Positions 29,227 through 39,084 of a stretch of DNA of 64,000 nt are shown piece by piece; within the stretch, counting starts at the first letter, position 1; the number at the start of each line of letters is the position of its first letter. The position numbers were made by a program, and so were the translations under genes. Source of the stretch: Promethearchaeota archaeon. GTDB taxonomy: Archaea; Asgardarchaeota; Lokiarchaeia; Sigyniarchaeales; SOKP01. The stretch spans positions 64,001 through 128,000 of the forward strand of contig JAUVNS010000010.1 in NCBI GenBank assembly GCA_030599585.1, in the 5' to 3' direction. The notes under the pieces were generated by a model. It saw only the letters and a list, made by a program, of their open reading frames with translations. It was not told the DNA's origin and did no database searches.

Positions 29227-31155
29227 ATGATTCTAAAAAAAATTCTTTTGCAGTCTTATAGAAATTTTAAAAAAACAGAGATTGTATTTAAAGATAATAT
29301 ACTTACAATAGTTGGTCCAAATGACAGTGGAAAATCTAATTTATTGCAAGCAATTTATTATTTAATAAATCCAAAACTACTCCTAGATGAAGATATTTGT
29401 TATTTCTCAACCACATTTACTGATAATAAAATTCCAAGCATTATTTATCATCTTGATCTTTCAATTTTAAAACTAAAATCTGAAATTAAACCTAAAATAC
29501 TTAAAATAAAATTAGAAAATAAAGAATTAAATCCAATAAATAAAATAGTTAAACTTCAATATGATATTCGGATTATTAATGATAAAAATTTTTCATTTAA
29601 AAAAATTCCTGAGAAAGAAATTGTTAATAATTACTATCGATACAAAAGTTCTCGATATTCAACCTTAAGAGATAGCTGGGAATCAAATAAGAGCATTTTT
29701 TTAGAAGAAGTTGATTCAGTTGATGCTGGGAAATTATGTCAAGCGTTAGAAGAAAATGGCTTAAAATATACTAAACTTGAAAATCATGCTGATGTTACAA
29801 GAATTATTTTTTCTCAAATTTTGAAGGAAGTTTCTGTGATTTTCTGGGAATATAGAATGGAGAATATGAAAATAAAAACAGAATATTCTATCAAAAAATT
29901 AAAGAAGAATCCTGATAGTGAACCCCTTTTAAATATTCTTTTTAAAAAAATGGGCATAAATCTTCAACAATTTTTTAATTATGAAGAAGACCGTAAGAAC
30001 AATATAATAGCTTCATTAAACCAATTAATTTCCGATCTAATAGGGTCGAATTGGACTCAAAATAATTTAGAATTTCGATTTCAAATTTTTCCTAACAACA
30101 CTTTACGTTTTAATGTTTTTGAGAATGGAAAAATTATTGAACTAAAAAAACATGGAGATGGATTTAAATGGTTCTTCTTATTTCTTCTAGATTTCTCTGA
30201 AGAATTTGGTTCTAAATATGAAAATAAAATCATTTTATTAGATGAACCAGGTAACTTTCTGCATCCTGGGGCACAACGCTTATTGTTAAAACAATTTGAA
30301 AAATTAGCGAGAAATAATCAGATAATCTATACAACTCATTCACCCTTTATGCTAAATCGAAATTATCCTAAACGTTTAATTTTTATTGATAGAGAAAATG
30401 ATGAAACGATAGTAAATTACACTAAGAATAATGTAACATTTGATGATGTATTATTGTCATCAACACTTGGTTTTACGTTTACTAATATCTCAAGGTGGGG
30501 TGATATTATTGTTTTTGTTGAGGGGTTAACTGACCAAATACTTTTAGAACATTTGATTTTAAAATATGCCGAATACTTTAAAGAAGAAATATTAGATTTA
30601 AATCTTTATTCGCTTATTAATATGGGAGGATTAATGAATTTAGATAATTTTTTAACCTTAGCTATTACTACAAATTCAAAATTTATTGCCTTCATTGATA
30701 ATGATAAGGAATCCAAGGAAAAGACTAAAAAATATTCTCAATCTATAAATAAAAGAGCTAAAATTCATAAAAATACGATCAATCATATTATTTTTTTAGA
30801 TGAAGAAAAGACCATTGAAGATTATGTCCCAATCAGTCTTTTAAATCAAGCAGTCAAAAACCTTTCAGATTCTAAGGATATTGTTTTTCGAAATTGCTTA
30901 CAAGATTATAAATTTAAAGATGAATTAAGGAAACCTCAAATTAAAGATTTAATCACGCAATTTAAGGATTTTATAACTAAAAACGATGATAAAATTAATG
31001 ATTTCTCAAAAGGAAATTATACTAAAAGTAATTTTAAATTCTTATTATTCACAAAAATAATTGAATTAATAGATAATAGTAATATTAATTTATTTCAAAA
31101 TTTAATTAAAAAAATTAAAGAAATTCAATTGAATTATGAAAAACTTTATGAATAA
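29227..31155 (+). CDS. OLD-family ATP-dependent nuclease (ABC ATPase + TOPRIM)
   Basis: SYRNF, Walker A GPNDSGKS, signature GDG, Walker B LLDEP..LHP, TTHSP, TOPRIM VEGLTD and DND; markedly AT-rich. Confidence 0.85.
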   Translation: MILKKILLQSYRNFKKTEIVFKDNILTIVGPNDSGKSNLLQAIYYLINPKLLLDEDICYFSTTFTDNKIPSIIYHLDLSILKLKSEIKPKILKIKLENKELNPINKIVKLQYDIRIINDKNFSFKKIPEKEIVNNYYRYKSSRYSTLRDSWESNKSIFLEEVDSVDAGKLCQALEENGLKYTKLENHADVTRIIFSQILKEVSVIFWEYRMENMKIKTEYSIKKLKKNPDSEPLLNILFKKMGINLQQFFNYEEDRKNNIIASLNQLISDLIGSNWTQNNLEFRFQIFPNNTLRFNVFENGKIIELKKHGDGFKWFFLFLLDFSEEFGSKYENKIILLDEPGNFLHPGAQRLLLKQFEKLARNNQIIYTTHSPFMLNRNYPKRLIFIDRENDETIVNYTKNNVTFDDVLLSSTLGFTFTNISRWGDIIVFVEGLTDQILLEHLILKYAEYFKEEILDLNLYSLINMGGLMNLDNFLTLAITTNSKFIAFIDNDKESKEKTKKYSQSINKRAKIHKNTINHIIFLDEEKTIEDYVPISLLNQAVKNLSDSKDIVFRNCLQDYKFKDELRKPQIKDLITQFKDFITKNDDKINDFSKGNYTKSNFKFLLFTKIIELIDNSNINLFQNLIKKIKEIQLNYEKLYE

Positions 31156-31241
31156 ATAACTAACTCATTAGGAAAAACATCTCTATTCCCAACGATTACT
31201 CCAAATGCCAAATTTTTTTCACTTGTTTTCATTATTGACAT
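31146..31241 (-). pseudogene. orphan 5' fragment of the sugar isomerase gene (contains repeat copy 2, 31171-31205)
   Basis: Translates MSIMKTSEKNLAFGVIVGNRDVFPNELVIYS*, colinear with MSFIKSKVIKPVFGVIVGNRDVFP of the intact gene. Confidence 0.8.
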
Positions 31242-31254
31242 CTCTAACACTATT

Positions 31255-32148
31255 TTACGGGTTGTTTTTGATAAATTCTATAATTACTTCTGCCAGTTCA
31301 GGACCTTTATCTTCTTGAACAAAATGGCTTGCATTTTTTATTATTACATGATTTTGCTCAGCGGCTCCAGGGACGAGTGTTTGCCAAAACCTATCTCCTC
31401 CTCGAGTAATTGGATCCTTATCCGAAAATGCTGTCAAGAACGGTTTTTCCCACCGTTTAAATTGCTCAATCGCTTTTTTATTATTTTCGTGCTCGGGATC
31501 ATCTGTACTGATTGGGACTAAGGATGGCAGGATCCTCGCGCCAGCTTTAAAAGTATCGTCTGGAAAAGGTGCGTCATATCCGTTTAAAACCTCTTTAGAT
31601 AATTTAGTGGTGGTTGCACCTTGTAAAATAAATTTGATATCAAAAGAAGGTGAATTTCTAGAAAATTCCCGCCAATTAGTAAAAGCCTCAGACATCCTTT
31701 GTTCACCGGTTGGTAACCCCCCGTTTGATAATACAATTCTATTAAATCGATCCTGATTTTCAATAGCAAGCCTTAAACCTATTAAAGATCCCCAATCTTG
31801 ACAAAATAAAGTAATATTACGAAGATCGAGTAATTTTAGCCATTTTGTCATCCAATCCACATGTTTAAGGTATGTGTGGTCGTTTTGTTCTGTTGGTTTG
31901 TCTGAACGGCCAAATCCTACTAAATCGGGGGCTATTATTCTAAATCCTGCTTTCACCAGAATAGGAATCATATGTCTATACAAAAAACACCACGATGGTT
32001 CACCATGCATAAGTAGAATGACTTCTGCTTGTTTGTTACCCTCGTCTAAATAATGGATATTGATCCCATCAACTTTTATAAAATGTGGGTTAAATGTAAA
32101 ACCAGGAAGGTTTTCAAACCTTTCTTCTGGAGTGCTTAATAATTTCAT
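31255..32148 (-). CDS. haloalkane dehalogenase (alpha/beta hydrolase, DhlA/DhmA-like)
   Basis: TPEERF..L, HGEPSW, GFGRSDKP, nucleophile CQDWG, DPIT, catalytic HFVQED. Confidence 0.85.
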   Translation of the reverse strand: MKLLSTPEERFENLPGFTFNPHFIKVDGINIHYLDEGNKQAEVILLMHGEPSWCFLYRHMIPILVKAGFRIIAPDLVGFGRSDKPTEQNDHTYLKHVDWMTKWLKLLDLRNITLFCQDWGSLIGLRLAIENQDRFNRIVLSNGGLPTGEQRMSEAFTNWREFSRNSPSFDIKFILQGATTTKLSKEVLNGYDAPFPDDTFKAGARILPSLVPISTDDPEHENNKKAIEQFKRWEKPFLTAFSDKDPITRGGDRFWQTLVPGAAEQNHVIIKNASHFVQEDKGPELAEVIIEFIKNNP

Positions 32149-32264
32149 TTTTTAGAAACCACTTTTATTCATTAATATATGTTAGTTATTTTTTCGAATT
32201 TAAAAAATTTAATTGTTATGGACAAATTCTAAATCTTATAATATAAGAGTTATACAAATATTGA

Positions 32265-33539
32265 ATGACATTGAAAGTTTTATTCATTCGAGTATTTAAT
32301 AAATTGAAAGAATTCTGGAATGAGAGGATCTTCCGGTATGCTATCCTAGTTCAACTATCTTACGTTCTTTTGTCAATAATTTTATTTTTCTTATTTTTAT
32401 ACCAAAAAAATGATTTCGTAATTTTTTATGAATCAGGGAAGATTTTCCTCACAGATATTGAAAATCTGTATAATCAAGCTAATTATCTTTGGGATTTTAG
32501 GTATTTTCCTTTATCTGCATTAATTTTTATTCCGTTTTCTTTTTTGGATTTTGGTCTAGCCTTTATTGCTTTTAATACTCTCAATTTCATCTTGAACATT
32601 CTGATTTCTTTGATGATGTATAAAATCATAAAAGCAATTCGAGGTCAAGATCACGAAAATAACGATAAACGAATAATTCTATACATTAGCTTATATTTAA
32701 TGGGAGTACCTCATATCCTTAATTATATTTATGGCCAAATTAATTTATTTATTACATTTTCAATCTTAGCTTCGTTATTGATTTTTCTATTCTACAAAAA
32801 GATAAAATGGCAACTACTTGGAAGCATTATATTAGGAATCAGTATCATAATCAAGCCAACTTCATTCTTTCTAATTCCGTTTTTATTAGTAATACATTTT
32901 GATATGAGTACGAAAAAGTTGAAAATCGACTTTTCAACTAGTGTAGTAAGGTTGGTTGGAGTTTTAATACCCGTCCTATTGAACTTTGTACTTTTCGCTA
33001 TTTACCCTAAACTATGGAATGATTTTCTTTCCACTAACTTTACTGGAAGTAATCCTCTTGCGTTAAATTTTTCTTTCAGCCTGACAAAACTAGTGACGAA
33101 TTTTTGTTATTTCTTCAATATACCATTCAATCAATTAATCGTATTGATAGTCTTAGTTGGATTAGTTGGTGGATTAGGATTTTTTTCTTACATATTGAGA
33201 AGGCGAGATACGGATTATATTTTATATGGTTATACTATTGGAATGATTATCATGCTCCTTACATATTTTGATAGTTGGGACCACCACTTGTTAAATCTAA
33301 CTCCCTTGCTGATTATAACAATCTTTAATCTTCCAAGAAGAGCGAAATTGATAGAATACATAAAACCAAGTTTCTTTTTCTTCAATTTTTTCGATATTAT
33401 TTTTGTAGGTGTATGGTTTTTAACTTATCCCTTGTTTCCCTATAATTTTGTCGGTACCTTTTTTCTATTCGTGTTATTATATAGCCTAACGAGGTATTTT
33501 CTGGTTAAAAAACTAAAAACTGATGAGGGAAAACTTTGA
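32265..33539 (+). CDS. GT87/DUF2029-like GT-C membrane glycosyltransferase, paralog 1
   Basis: DF..FY, FRY.PLSA, GQIN, IKP, N.S and SWDHH motifs with many TM helices. Confidence 0.75.
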   Translation: MTLKVLFIRVFNKLKEFWNERIFRYAILVQLSYVLLSIILFFLFLYQKNDFVIFYESGKIFLTDIENLYNQANYLWDFRYFPLSALIFIPFSFLDFGLAFIAFNTLNFILNILISLMMYKIIKAIRGQDHENNDKRIILYISLYLMGVPHILNYIYGQINLFITFSILASLLIFLFYKKIKWQLLGSIILGISIIIKPTSFFLIPFLLVIHFDMSTKKLKIDFSTSVVRLVGVLIPVLLNFVLFAIYPKLWNDFLSTNFTGSNPLALNFSFSLTKLVTNFCYFFNIPFNQLIVLIVLVGLVGGLGFFSYILRRRDTDYILYGYTIGMIIMLLTYFDSWDHHLLNLTPLLIITIFNLPRRAKLIEYIKPSFFFFNFFDIIFVGVWFLTYPLFPYNFVGTFFLFVLLYSLTRYFLVKKLKTDEGKL

Positions 33540-34282
33540 TGAAAGTTAAAAAAGGAGGCATCTATACCAGTATAGCGCTCCTATTTCTTTTCATATTAGG
33601 ATTCTCATCAACGGTACTTGCTAACGATTATCAAATTGGAATTAAAACTAACGATGAGTTAATTTGGAATTGTCATTTATGTGATGATAACAAAATGGAT
33701 GAGTTGTTTGGAGAATTTTGGAACGATGCGGGAATGTTTGAAAACTTAAGTACAAACAGCAGAATGAAATGGCGTGTAAATATGGTGGAAGAAAACTCTA
33801 CAGCACTATCAGCTTTAATTAGTATATGGATGTGGGGGGTTGAGGATAATTGGGGTACGCAAGATAACAGCTCTAAATTCTCGTATCTAAAAAATCCAAT
33901 TCTATATCCTAGTGGCTTCAATTTTACAAATAGATTCCCGTTTATTCCTTTTTGGCTTCCTGTTCCTGTTGGCGAATATTTAGGGGAAGTACCTTTAGGT
34001 GAGATTTACGACGTTGATAATCGGGTATTACCAACTTTAAATGTACGAATTACTAAAGACTCCATCCATCCTAGCGAACCTACGGAAACGGTTTATTTTA
34101 TCGCAGTCTATAATACTAATGGGATTTTGAATTCTTTTAAGTTATATACAAGCGGTAATGTAGTCGTTGTTGACATTTCATTGGAAAGTTTACCGATTTT
34201 TGCTATCGCTTCAACGATAGGTTTAGTATTAGCATTTGTTTGCTCCATAGTTTTATATATAAAGAAAAAACGGATCACTTAA
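33536..34282 (+). CDS. secreted/surface protein with signal peptide and C-terminal TM anchor
   Basis: Basic-hydrophobic N-terminus ending VLA; several N-x-S/T sequons; C-terminal TM followed by KKKR. Confidence 0.7.
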   Translation: MMKVKKGGIYTSIALLFLFILGFSSTVLANDYQIGIKTNDELIWNCHLCDDNKMDELFGEFWNDAGMFENLSTNSRMKWRVNMVEENSTALSALISIWMWGVEDNWGTQDNSSKFSYLKNPILYPSGFNFTNRFPFIPFWLPVPVGEYLGEVPLGEIYDVDNRVLPTLNVRITKDSIHPSEPTETVYFIAVYNTNGILNSFKLYTSGNVVVVDISLESLPIFAIASTIGLVLAFVCSIVLYIKKKRIT

Positions 34283-34312
34283 TATCCAATTAAATTTTTT
34301 ACGATAAGTCCC

Positions 34313-35581
34313 ATGAATTATAAAGTAATATACACCAACTCTAAGAAACGGTTAGCAGAACTCTGGAATATAAAGTTTTTTAGATACGCAATTTTACTTC
34401 ATTCCTTTTACTTTTTTTTGTCAATAATAGTAACGCTTTTCTTTTTAAGAACGCAGAGTGATTTTTATGTTTATTATAAAGTTGGAGAAATTTATGTAAA
34501 CAATCCAAATAATCTCTATAACCCTGCCTATTATGTTGATATATGGCCTTTTAGGTATTTACCTCTATCAGCCTTACTTTTTGTTCCTTATTATTTATTG
34601 GGGTTTAATTTAGGATTTATTATTTTCAATTTTATCAATTTTATCCTAAATATTCTGATCTCTGTAATCCTATACAAAGTCATCATATTGGTTAGAGGGG
34701 ATGACCACGAAAGAGAAGATAAAAGAATTATATTATATATTTGTTTTTATTTAATCGGTTTACCTCAGGTTTTTAATTATATTTTAGGACAAATCAATTT
34801 ATATGTAACTCTATTAATATTATTATCCTTATTCATTTTTCTTAAATTTAAAAAAACCAAATATCAATTATTGGCAAGTTTTATAGTAGGAATAAGTATT
34901 ATAATCAAACCCACCGCAATATTTATGATACCCTTCATAATTGTTCTCAATTACAACTTCGAGAAAAAGAGAATTTCATTTGATCTTAAACTTAGCTTTT
35001 TAAGGCTATTCGGAGTTCTTTTACCTCTGTCAGTAAATGTTGTAATGTTTCTCATTTATCCTGATTTACTTACTGGGTTTTTAGGCACGAATTTTACTGG
35101 TTCTGAAACCGTGCTTTTAAACCATTCTTTTAGCATTACCAAAATCATTTCAAACATGTTATTATTTATAGGCGTTCCATCGAACGAATTAAATGTTTTA
35201 CCCATCTTTATTAGCGTTTTGCTCGTCTTAGGGTGTTTCGGATTTATATTTTATATTTTTAGAAGGTTTAATAAAAATAATTTGATATACGGATACACTT
35301 TTGGAATGTTAATAATGTTCCTTGCTTATTTTGACTCTTGGGATCACCACCTACTCAACCTAATACCGCTTTTAATTATTATGTTATTTAATTTACCGCG
35401 AAGTTCAGAATTAACAAGAAAATACATAAAACCTAGTTTTTTCTTTCTAAGCTTTTTAGGTCTAGTTTTTACCGGAATTTTTTGGTTTACCCAACTATTC
35501 TTTCCATTTAATTTTGCCTCTACAATCTTCTTAATTCTAATTTTTATCGGAGTCAGCCGATATTGTATACTAAAAAATTAA
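34313..35581 (+). CDS. GT87/DUF2029-like GT-C membrane glycosyltransferase, paralog 2
   Basis: Colinear paralog of 32265-33539 with the same motifs. Confidence 0.75.
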   Translation: MNYKVIYTNSKKRLAELWNIKFFRYAILLHSFYFFLSIIVTLFFLRTQSDFYVYYKVGEIYVNNPNNLYNPAYYVDIWPFRYLPLSALLFVPYYLLGFNLGFIIFNFINFILNILISVILYKVIILVRGDDHEREDKRIILYICFYLIGLPQVFNYILGQINLYVTLLILLSLFIFLKFKKTKYQLLASFIVGISIIIKPTAIFMIPFIIVLNYNFEKKRISFDLKLSFLRLFGVLLPLSVNVVMFLIYPDLLTGFLGTNFTGSETVLLNHSFSITKIISNMLLFIGVPSNELNVLPIFISVLLVLGCFGFIFYIFRRFNKNNLIYGYTFGMLIMFLAYFDSWDHHLLNLIPLLIIMLFNLPRSSELTRKYIKPSFFFLSFLGLVFTGIFWFTQLFFPFNFASTIFLILIFIGVSRYCILKN

Positions 35582-35755
35582 TGGAAATTTGATTTAGGTC
35601 AATTTTTCACCTAATTGAACGGCTTTATATTCCCACTTCAATTAACACTAATTCAATACATAATGATTAAAGTTAAATAATTTCTATTCTACACTAACTT
35701 GAAAATTTGAATATATAATATAATAAATAAATCCAAAAGACACATTAGAAATACC

Positions 35756-36466
35756 ATGGTCCAAGAATATATCATCATTTTTATGCCCGCCTTTTTGTTA
35801 GGAATCTTACATACTGCTATTCCATGTGAAGATAAAGCTATCTTCTTTTTTTGGTCTTTCGGAATAGCTAAAACTCCTACTAAAAGCATTTATATCTTAG
35901 CGCTTTATGGATTGGGTTTAATCTGTGCAAATATGCTCATTGCATCTGTAACAGTCTTGATTACCCAAGTCCCAAGATTTGTCTTTCCGACCTTCACACC
36001 AGATCCGTATGTCATTAACTTTTTCGGCGCTTTTACGTCTATGATCGCGGGAATCATTATCTTATTCTTTTTGACAAGACGAGACTATACGCCACATTCG
36101 AAGTATTCAAAGGAAATTTCAACTTTAGATTGGGAATTAAAGAAGACTCCATTTTTCTTTGGTATTTTAGCTGGGTTTGCTCCTTGTATATTTGAGTTAA
36201 TTATATATTCTCAATCATTTCAGTTCTCATTAGGATATGGCTTTATCGAGGGGTTATTAGTTGTTTTTTACTTTTCGCTTGGGACCTTCGTGGGGCTTTT
36301 TCCACTTGCATTAGCGAAATATGGAACCTCGCAAATGGTCAAGCCAAATATTAAAAGAAGGAAAGTGATTTTCTACATGATGATTTTAATAATCATAGCT
36401 TTCAATAGTGTGGTAATGATTTTATCGTTTTTACGAATATCTGTATTTCCTATAGAAAGTTTATAG
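35756..36466 (+). CDS. membrane protein, NicO/UreH/DsbD_2-like metal transporter superfamily
   Basis: G.LH...PC motif in TM1, G..PC in TM4 and F.LGT in TM5. Confidence 0.5.
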   Translation: MVQEYIIIFMPAFLLGILHTAIPCEDKAIFFFWSFGIAKTPTKSIYILALYGLGLICANMLIASVTVLITQVPRFVFPTFTPDPYVINFFGAFTSMIAGIIILFFLTRRDYTPHSKYSKEISTLDWELKKTPFFFGILAGFAPCIFELIIYSQSFQFSLGYGFIEGLLVVFYFSLGTFVGLFPLALAKYGTSQMVKPNIKRRKVIFYMMILIIIAFNSVVMILSFLRISVFPIESL

Positions 36467-36634
36467 GTAACCATAAGTAAAACACTAAATATTAAATTTC
36501 TAATCAAAAAATTAAAAACTCATTGATTATTCAAGTAATCAATATTGGTCTCATAAAATAATTTATTATACTGTATTTTTATATATATTATAACTAATTA
36601 TACATCTTTCACCAATGATGGAGATAAGTAAATA

Positions 36635-39007
36635 ATGGTTGAATGCAAATTTTGTGAATCTCAAAACATTTCTTTTACTTGTGAGAAATGCAAGTCAAGT
36701 TTTTGCATTAACCATATGGCTACAACAGAAAGTTGGCTTTGTAAAAAACATGCGTTACATTATTCTAAGGCGAGTGCCACTGAGAAATTTTATAAATGTA
36801 CTGTTATTGAAAATAGTAAATGTCCAGAATGCGATTCTCTCTTAAGATTAGAAAGATTATCATCTGGTCATTATTATTTAGAGTGCATTGATGAAGCATG
36901 CAGTTGGAACTCTTACTTAAAATCTCCTGGCTTATTTTTTCCTACTAAAGAACAGTTAGCTAGAGAAGCTACGAAATATAACTTAATTAAAGGATATAGG
37001 TTAAATTTATGTCGTAGGTCTCTTAAAAAAATAGTTGGAAAAGAAATTTGTCCAAACTGTTTCATAGAATTACTCAAGAGAGCCACAATTACTAACTTCT
37101 CCACTATTATCGAATCATTCAATGTTACTGCTCAACAAATGATTAAATTAATTAATCAATACATTGAAGAGGAACGAATCTATGGTATAATTGATCAGAA
37201 GAACCAGATTTTTTACTACATATCCTACGAAATCCGTGAGAAAATTTTATCGAAAATTCAAAACGAGGGCATTTTGAAAGTAGCAGATCTGGGAGAAATG
37301 CTCGATATGAGTTCAGACGCGGCTATAAAAGTCATTTACAAGTTGATTAGCCAATTTCAAATTAAGGGCTCCTTTTCACAAACGAAACAATTTTATTACT
37401 CCCAAAAATATATAATGGACCAATTAATAAAAGAGATTAATAAAAAGGGAAGGGTATCGTTAGATAAACTTGCGAAAATATTTGATGTCCCAGGAGAATT
37501 GACAAAATCTTTTTGCGTCAATCTAATGAGAACTAACGCAGTAAACGGATTTTTTGCCGATCGTGGTAATGAAATTATTACATCTGACCAAATCTATAAA
37601 GAAATTAAAGCATATTCAAAAGAAGTAGGTTTATTTGAGCTCTCTAAGCTTGCTATAAAATTAAAAATAGCGATAGAATTAGCAAGAAAAAGTCTACATG
37701 AACTCATTAAATCTGGCAAAGTTAAAGGCCTTTTTACACAACGCAGAGAATTTATGACTCGTAAATACCTTGAAACGAAAATAAAAGAAATCGCTCGAGC
37801 CTATAGAACGATGCCATTAAGAGAACTTTCAAATCGATTGGGTGTAACTGAATCCAGTATAGAAGAGAATCTTGCTCAACTTATTGGAAGCGGAGATATC
37901 GATGGTTTTATTGATTTAGGAAAGCGAATGTTTACGGCATACTCGGTACCACGCACTTCATCTAAAACTTCGCGTCCAAAACAGAAAAAATCAATTTCTA
38001 TCGATGAGGGAAGCATAGAAATTGTAAGGGATTATGATTTCGAAGGTGGACAAGTACATATGAAAATAGCCGTGCGGAATAAAAGCGATATGGCTATAAA
38101 TAATGTTAAAGTTTTATTGGATGCGCCATCTAACTTCAAAGTAAAACAACCTTTGATTAGTGTTCCCGTAATTGAAGCTAATAATAGTAGGGGCGTTGAT
38201 TTTTATCTTGAGCCCAAAACTTGCGGTACATCAAATATTGGCGGAACTGTGATATTTAAAGACGCATCAGGTGAAAAACACACTAAACACATAAGAAAAC
38301 AAGAAGTTGCTATAAAATGTCCTCTTGTTTGTACCTCAATGAGCACTATAGAGGATTGCCAAGTCGCGATACAAACCTTAGGAAACGATGCTCGGGCATT
38401 TTTAATTGCTGATTTAGACCCTCGTTTAGCATATAGGGCTGCGATAAGAACTCTAAAAAACTTTGATACTAGCGCTGTAACATCCCACGAGGGTTCTGAC
38501 GCAAAGGGAAACTACGAAGCTGAAGCATGGTTCTGTTCTGAAGCAAAAACTACTGGCGGAAGAATTATTACACGTATCTATGTATCTGAAACAAGTCAGT
38601 CATTAGAAGTAAGGGTATGGTGTGGAAACGCAGGAATGCTTACGGGATTCTTAGCAAAAATTATAGAAATACTGTTTGAGCAGATAAACATAATCAGAAA
38701 AATCAAATCAGAGGAAAGAGAGAAAACAATAGATGTCATGGCAATTACACAGAACTTAGCTGAAATCAGCGATTATTGTATGCTTAGATGGAAGGCACAG
38801 AATATAAGAAACAAGTTACATGACACATTTGTCCGTTTAAGGAAAATTATAGGAGATAATGAGGCTATTTTAGGTAGAGTTGAATATTGGCTAACTCAAT
38901 TGAATAAATATGGCAAAGACGACAAAATCAGCGATGAAGATGCCGAAAAATTAGTGAATGATGTAGAAAAAATCAAAAATGTCGTTTCTCGAGCAATAAA
39001 ACTGTGA
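36635..39007 (+). CDS. 790-aa multidomain protein: Zn fingers, five winged-helix (PCI/DDRGK/UFL1-like) repeats, Ig-like plus alpha/beta C-terminal module
   Basis: Several N-terminal CxxC/CxxH pairs; repeats ending IYGIIDQ, IKGSFSQ, VNGFFADRG, VKGLFTQ, IDGFIDL; beta-rich KIAVRNKS..I.NV segment. Confidence 0.7.
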   Translation: MVECKFCESQNISFTCEKCKSSFCINHMATTESWLCKKHALHYSKASATEKFYKCTVIENSKCPECDSLLRLERLSSGHYYLECIDEACSWNSYLKSPGLFFPTKEQLAREATKYNLIKGYRLNLCRRSLKKIVGKEICPNCFIELLKRATITNFSTIIESFNVTAQQMIKLINQYIEEERIYGIIDQKNQIFYYISYEIREKILSKIQNEGILKVADLGEMLDMSSDAAIKVIYKLISQFQIKGSFSQTKQFYYSQKYIMDQLIKEINKKGRVSLDKLAKIFDVPGELTKSFCVNLMRTNAVNGFFADRGNEIITSDQIYKEIKAYSKEVGLFELSKLAIKLKIAIELARKSLHELIKSGKVKGLFTQRREFMTRKYLETKIKEIARAYRTMPLRELSNRLGVTESSIEENLAQLIGSGDIDGFIDLGKRMFTAYSVPRTSSKTSRPKQKKSISIDEGSIEIVRDYDFEGGQVHMKIAVRNKSDMAINNVKVLLDAPSNFKVKQPLISVPVIEANNSRGVDFYLEPKTCGTSNIGGTVIFKDASGEKHTKHIRKQEVAIKCPLVCTSMSTIEDCQVAIQTLGNDARAFLIADLDPRLAYRAAIRTLKNFDTSAVTSHEGSDAKGNYEAEAWFCSEAKTTGGRIITRIYVSETSQSLEVRVWCGNAGMLTGFLAKIIEILFEQINIIRKIKSEEREKTIDVMAITQNLAEISDYCMLRWKAQNIRNKLHDTFVRLRKIIGDNEAILGRVEYWLTQLNKYGKDDKISDEDAEKLVNDVEKIKNVVSRAIKL

Positions 39008-39084
39008 TTTTTTTTATTGAACAACATTTATAAGTATTCTCGTGAATTTATATTAATAATAAGTGAAAAGAGTTTTGAATTAGA

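Noticed and set aside
28867-31170. Autonomous transposon or provirus
   Set aside because: No integrase, transposase, terminal inverted repeats or viral genes; only the direct repeat and the cargo gene.
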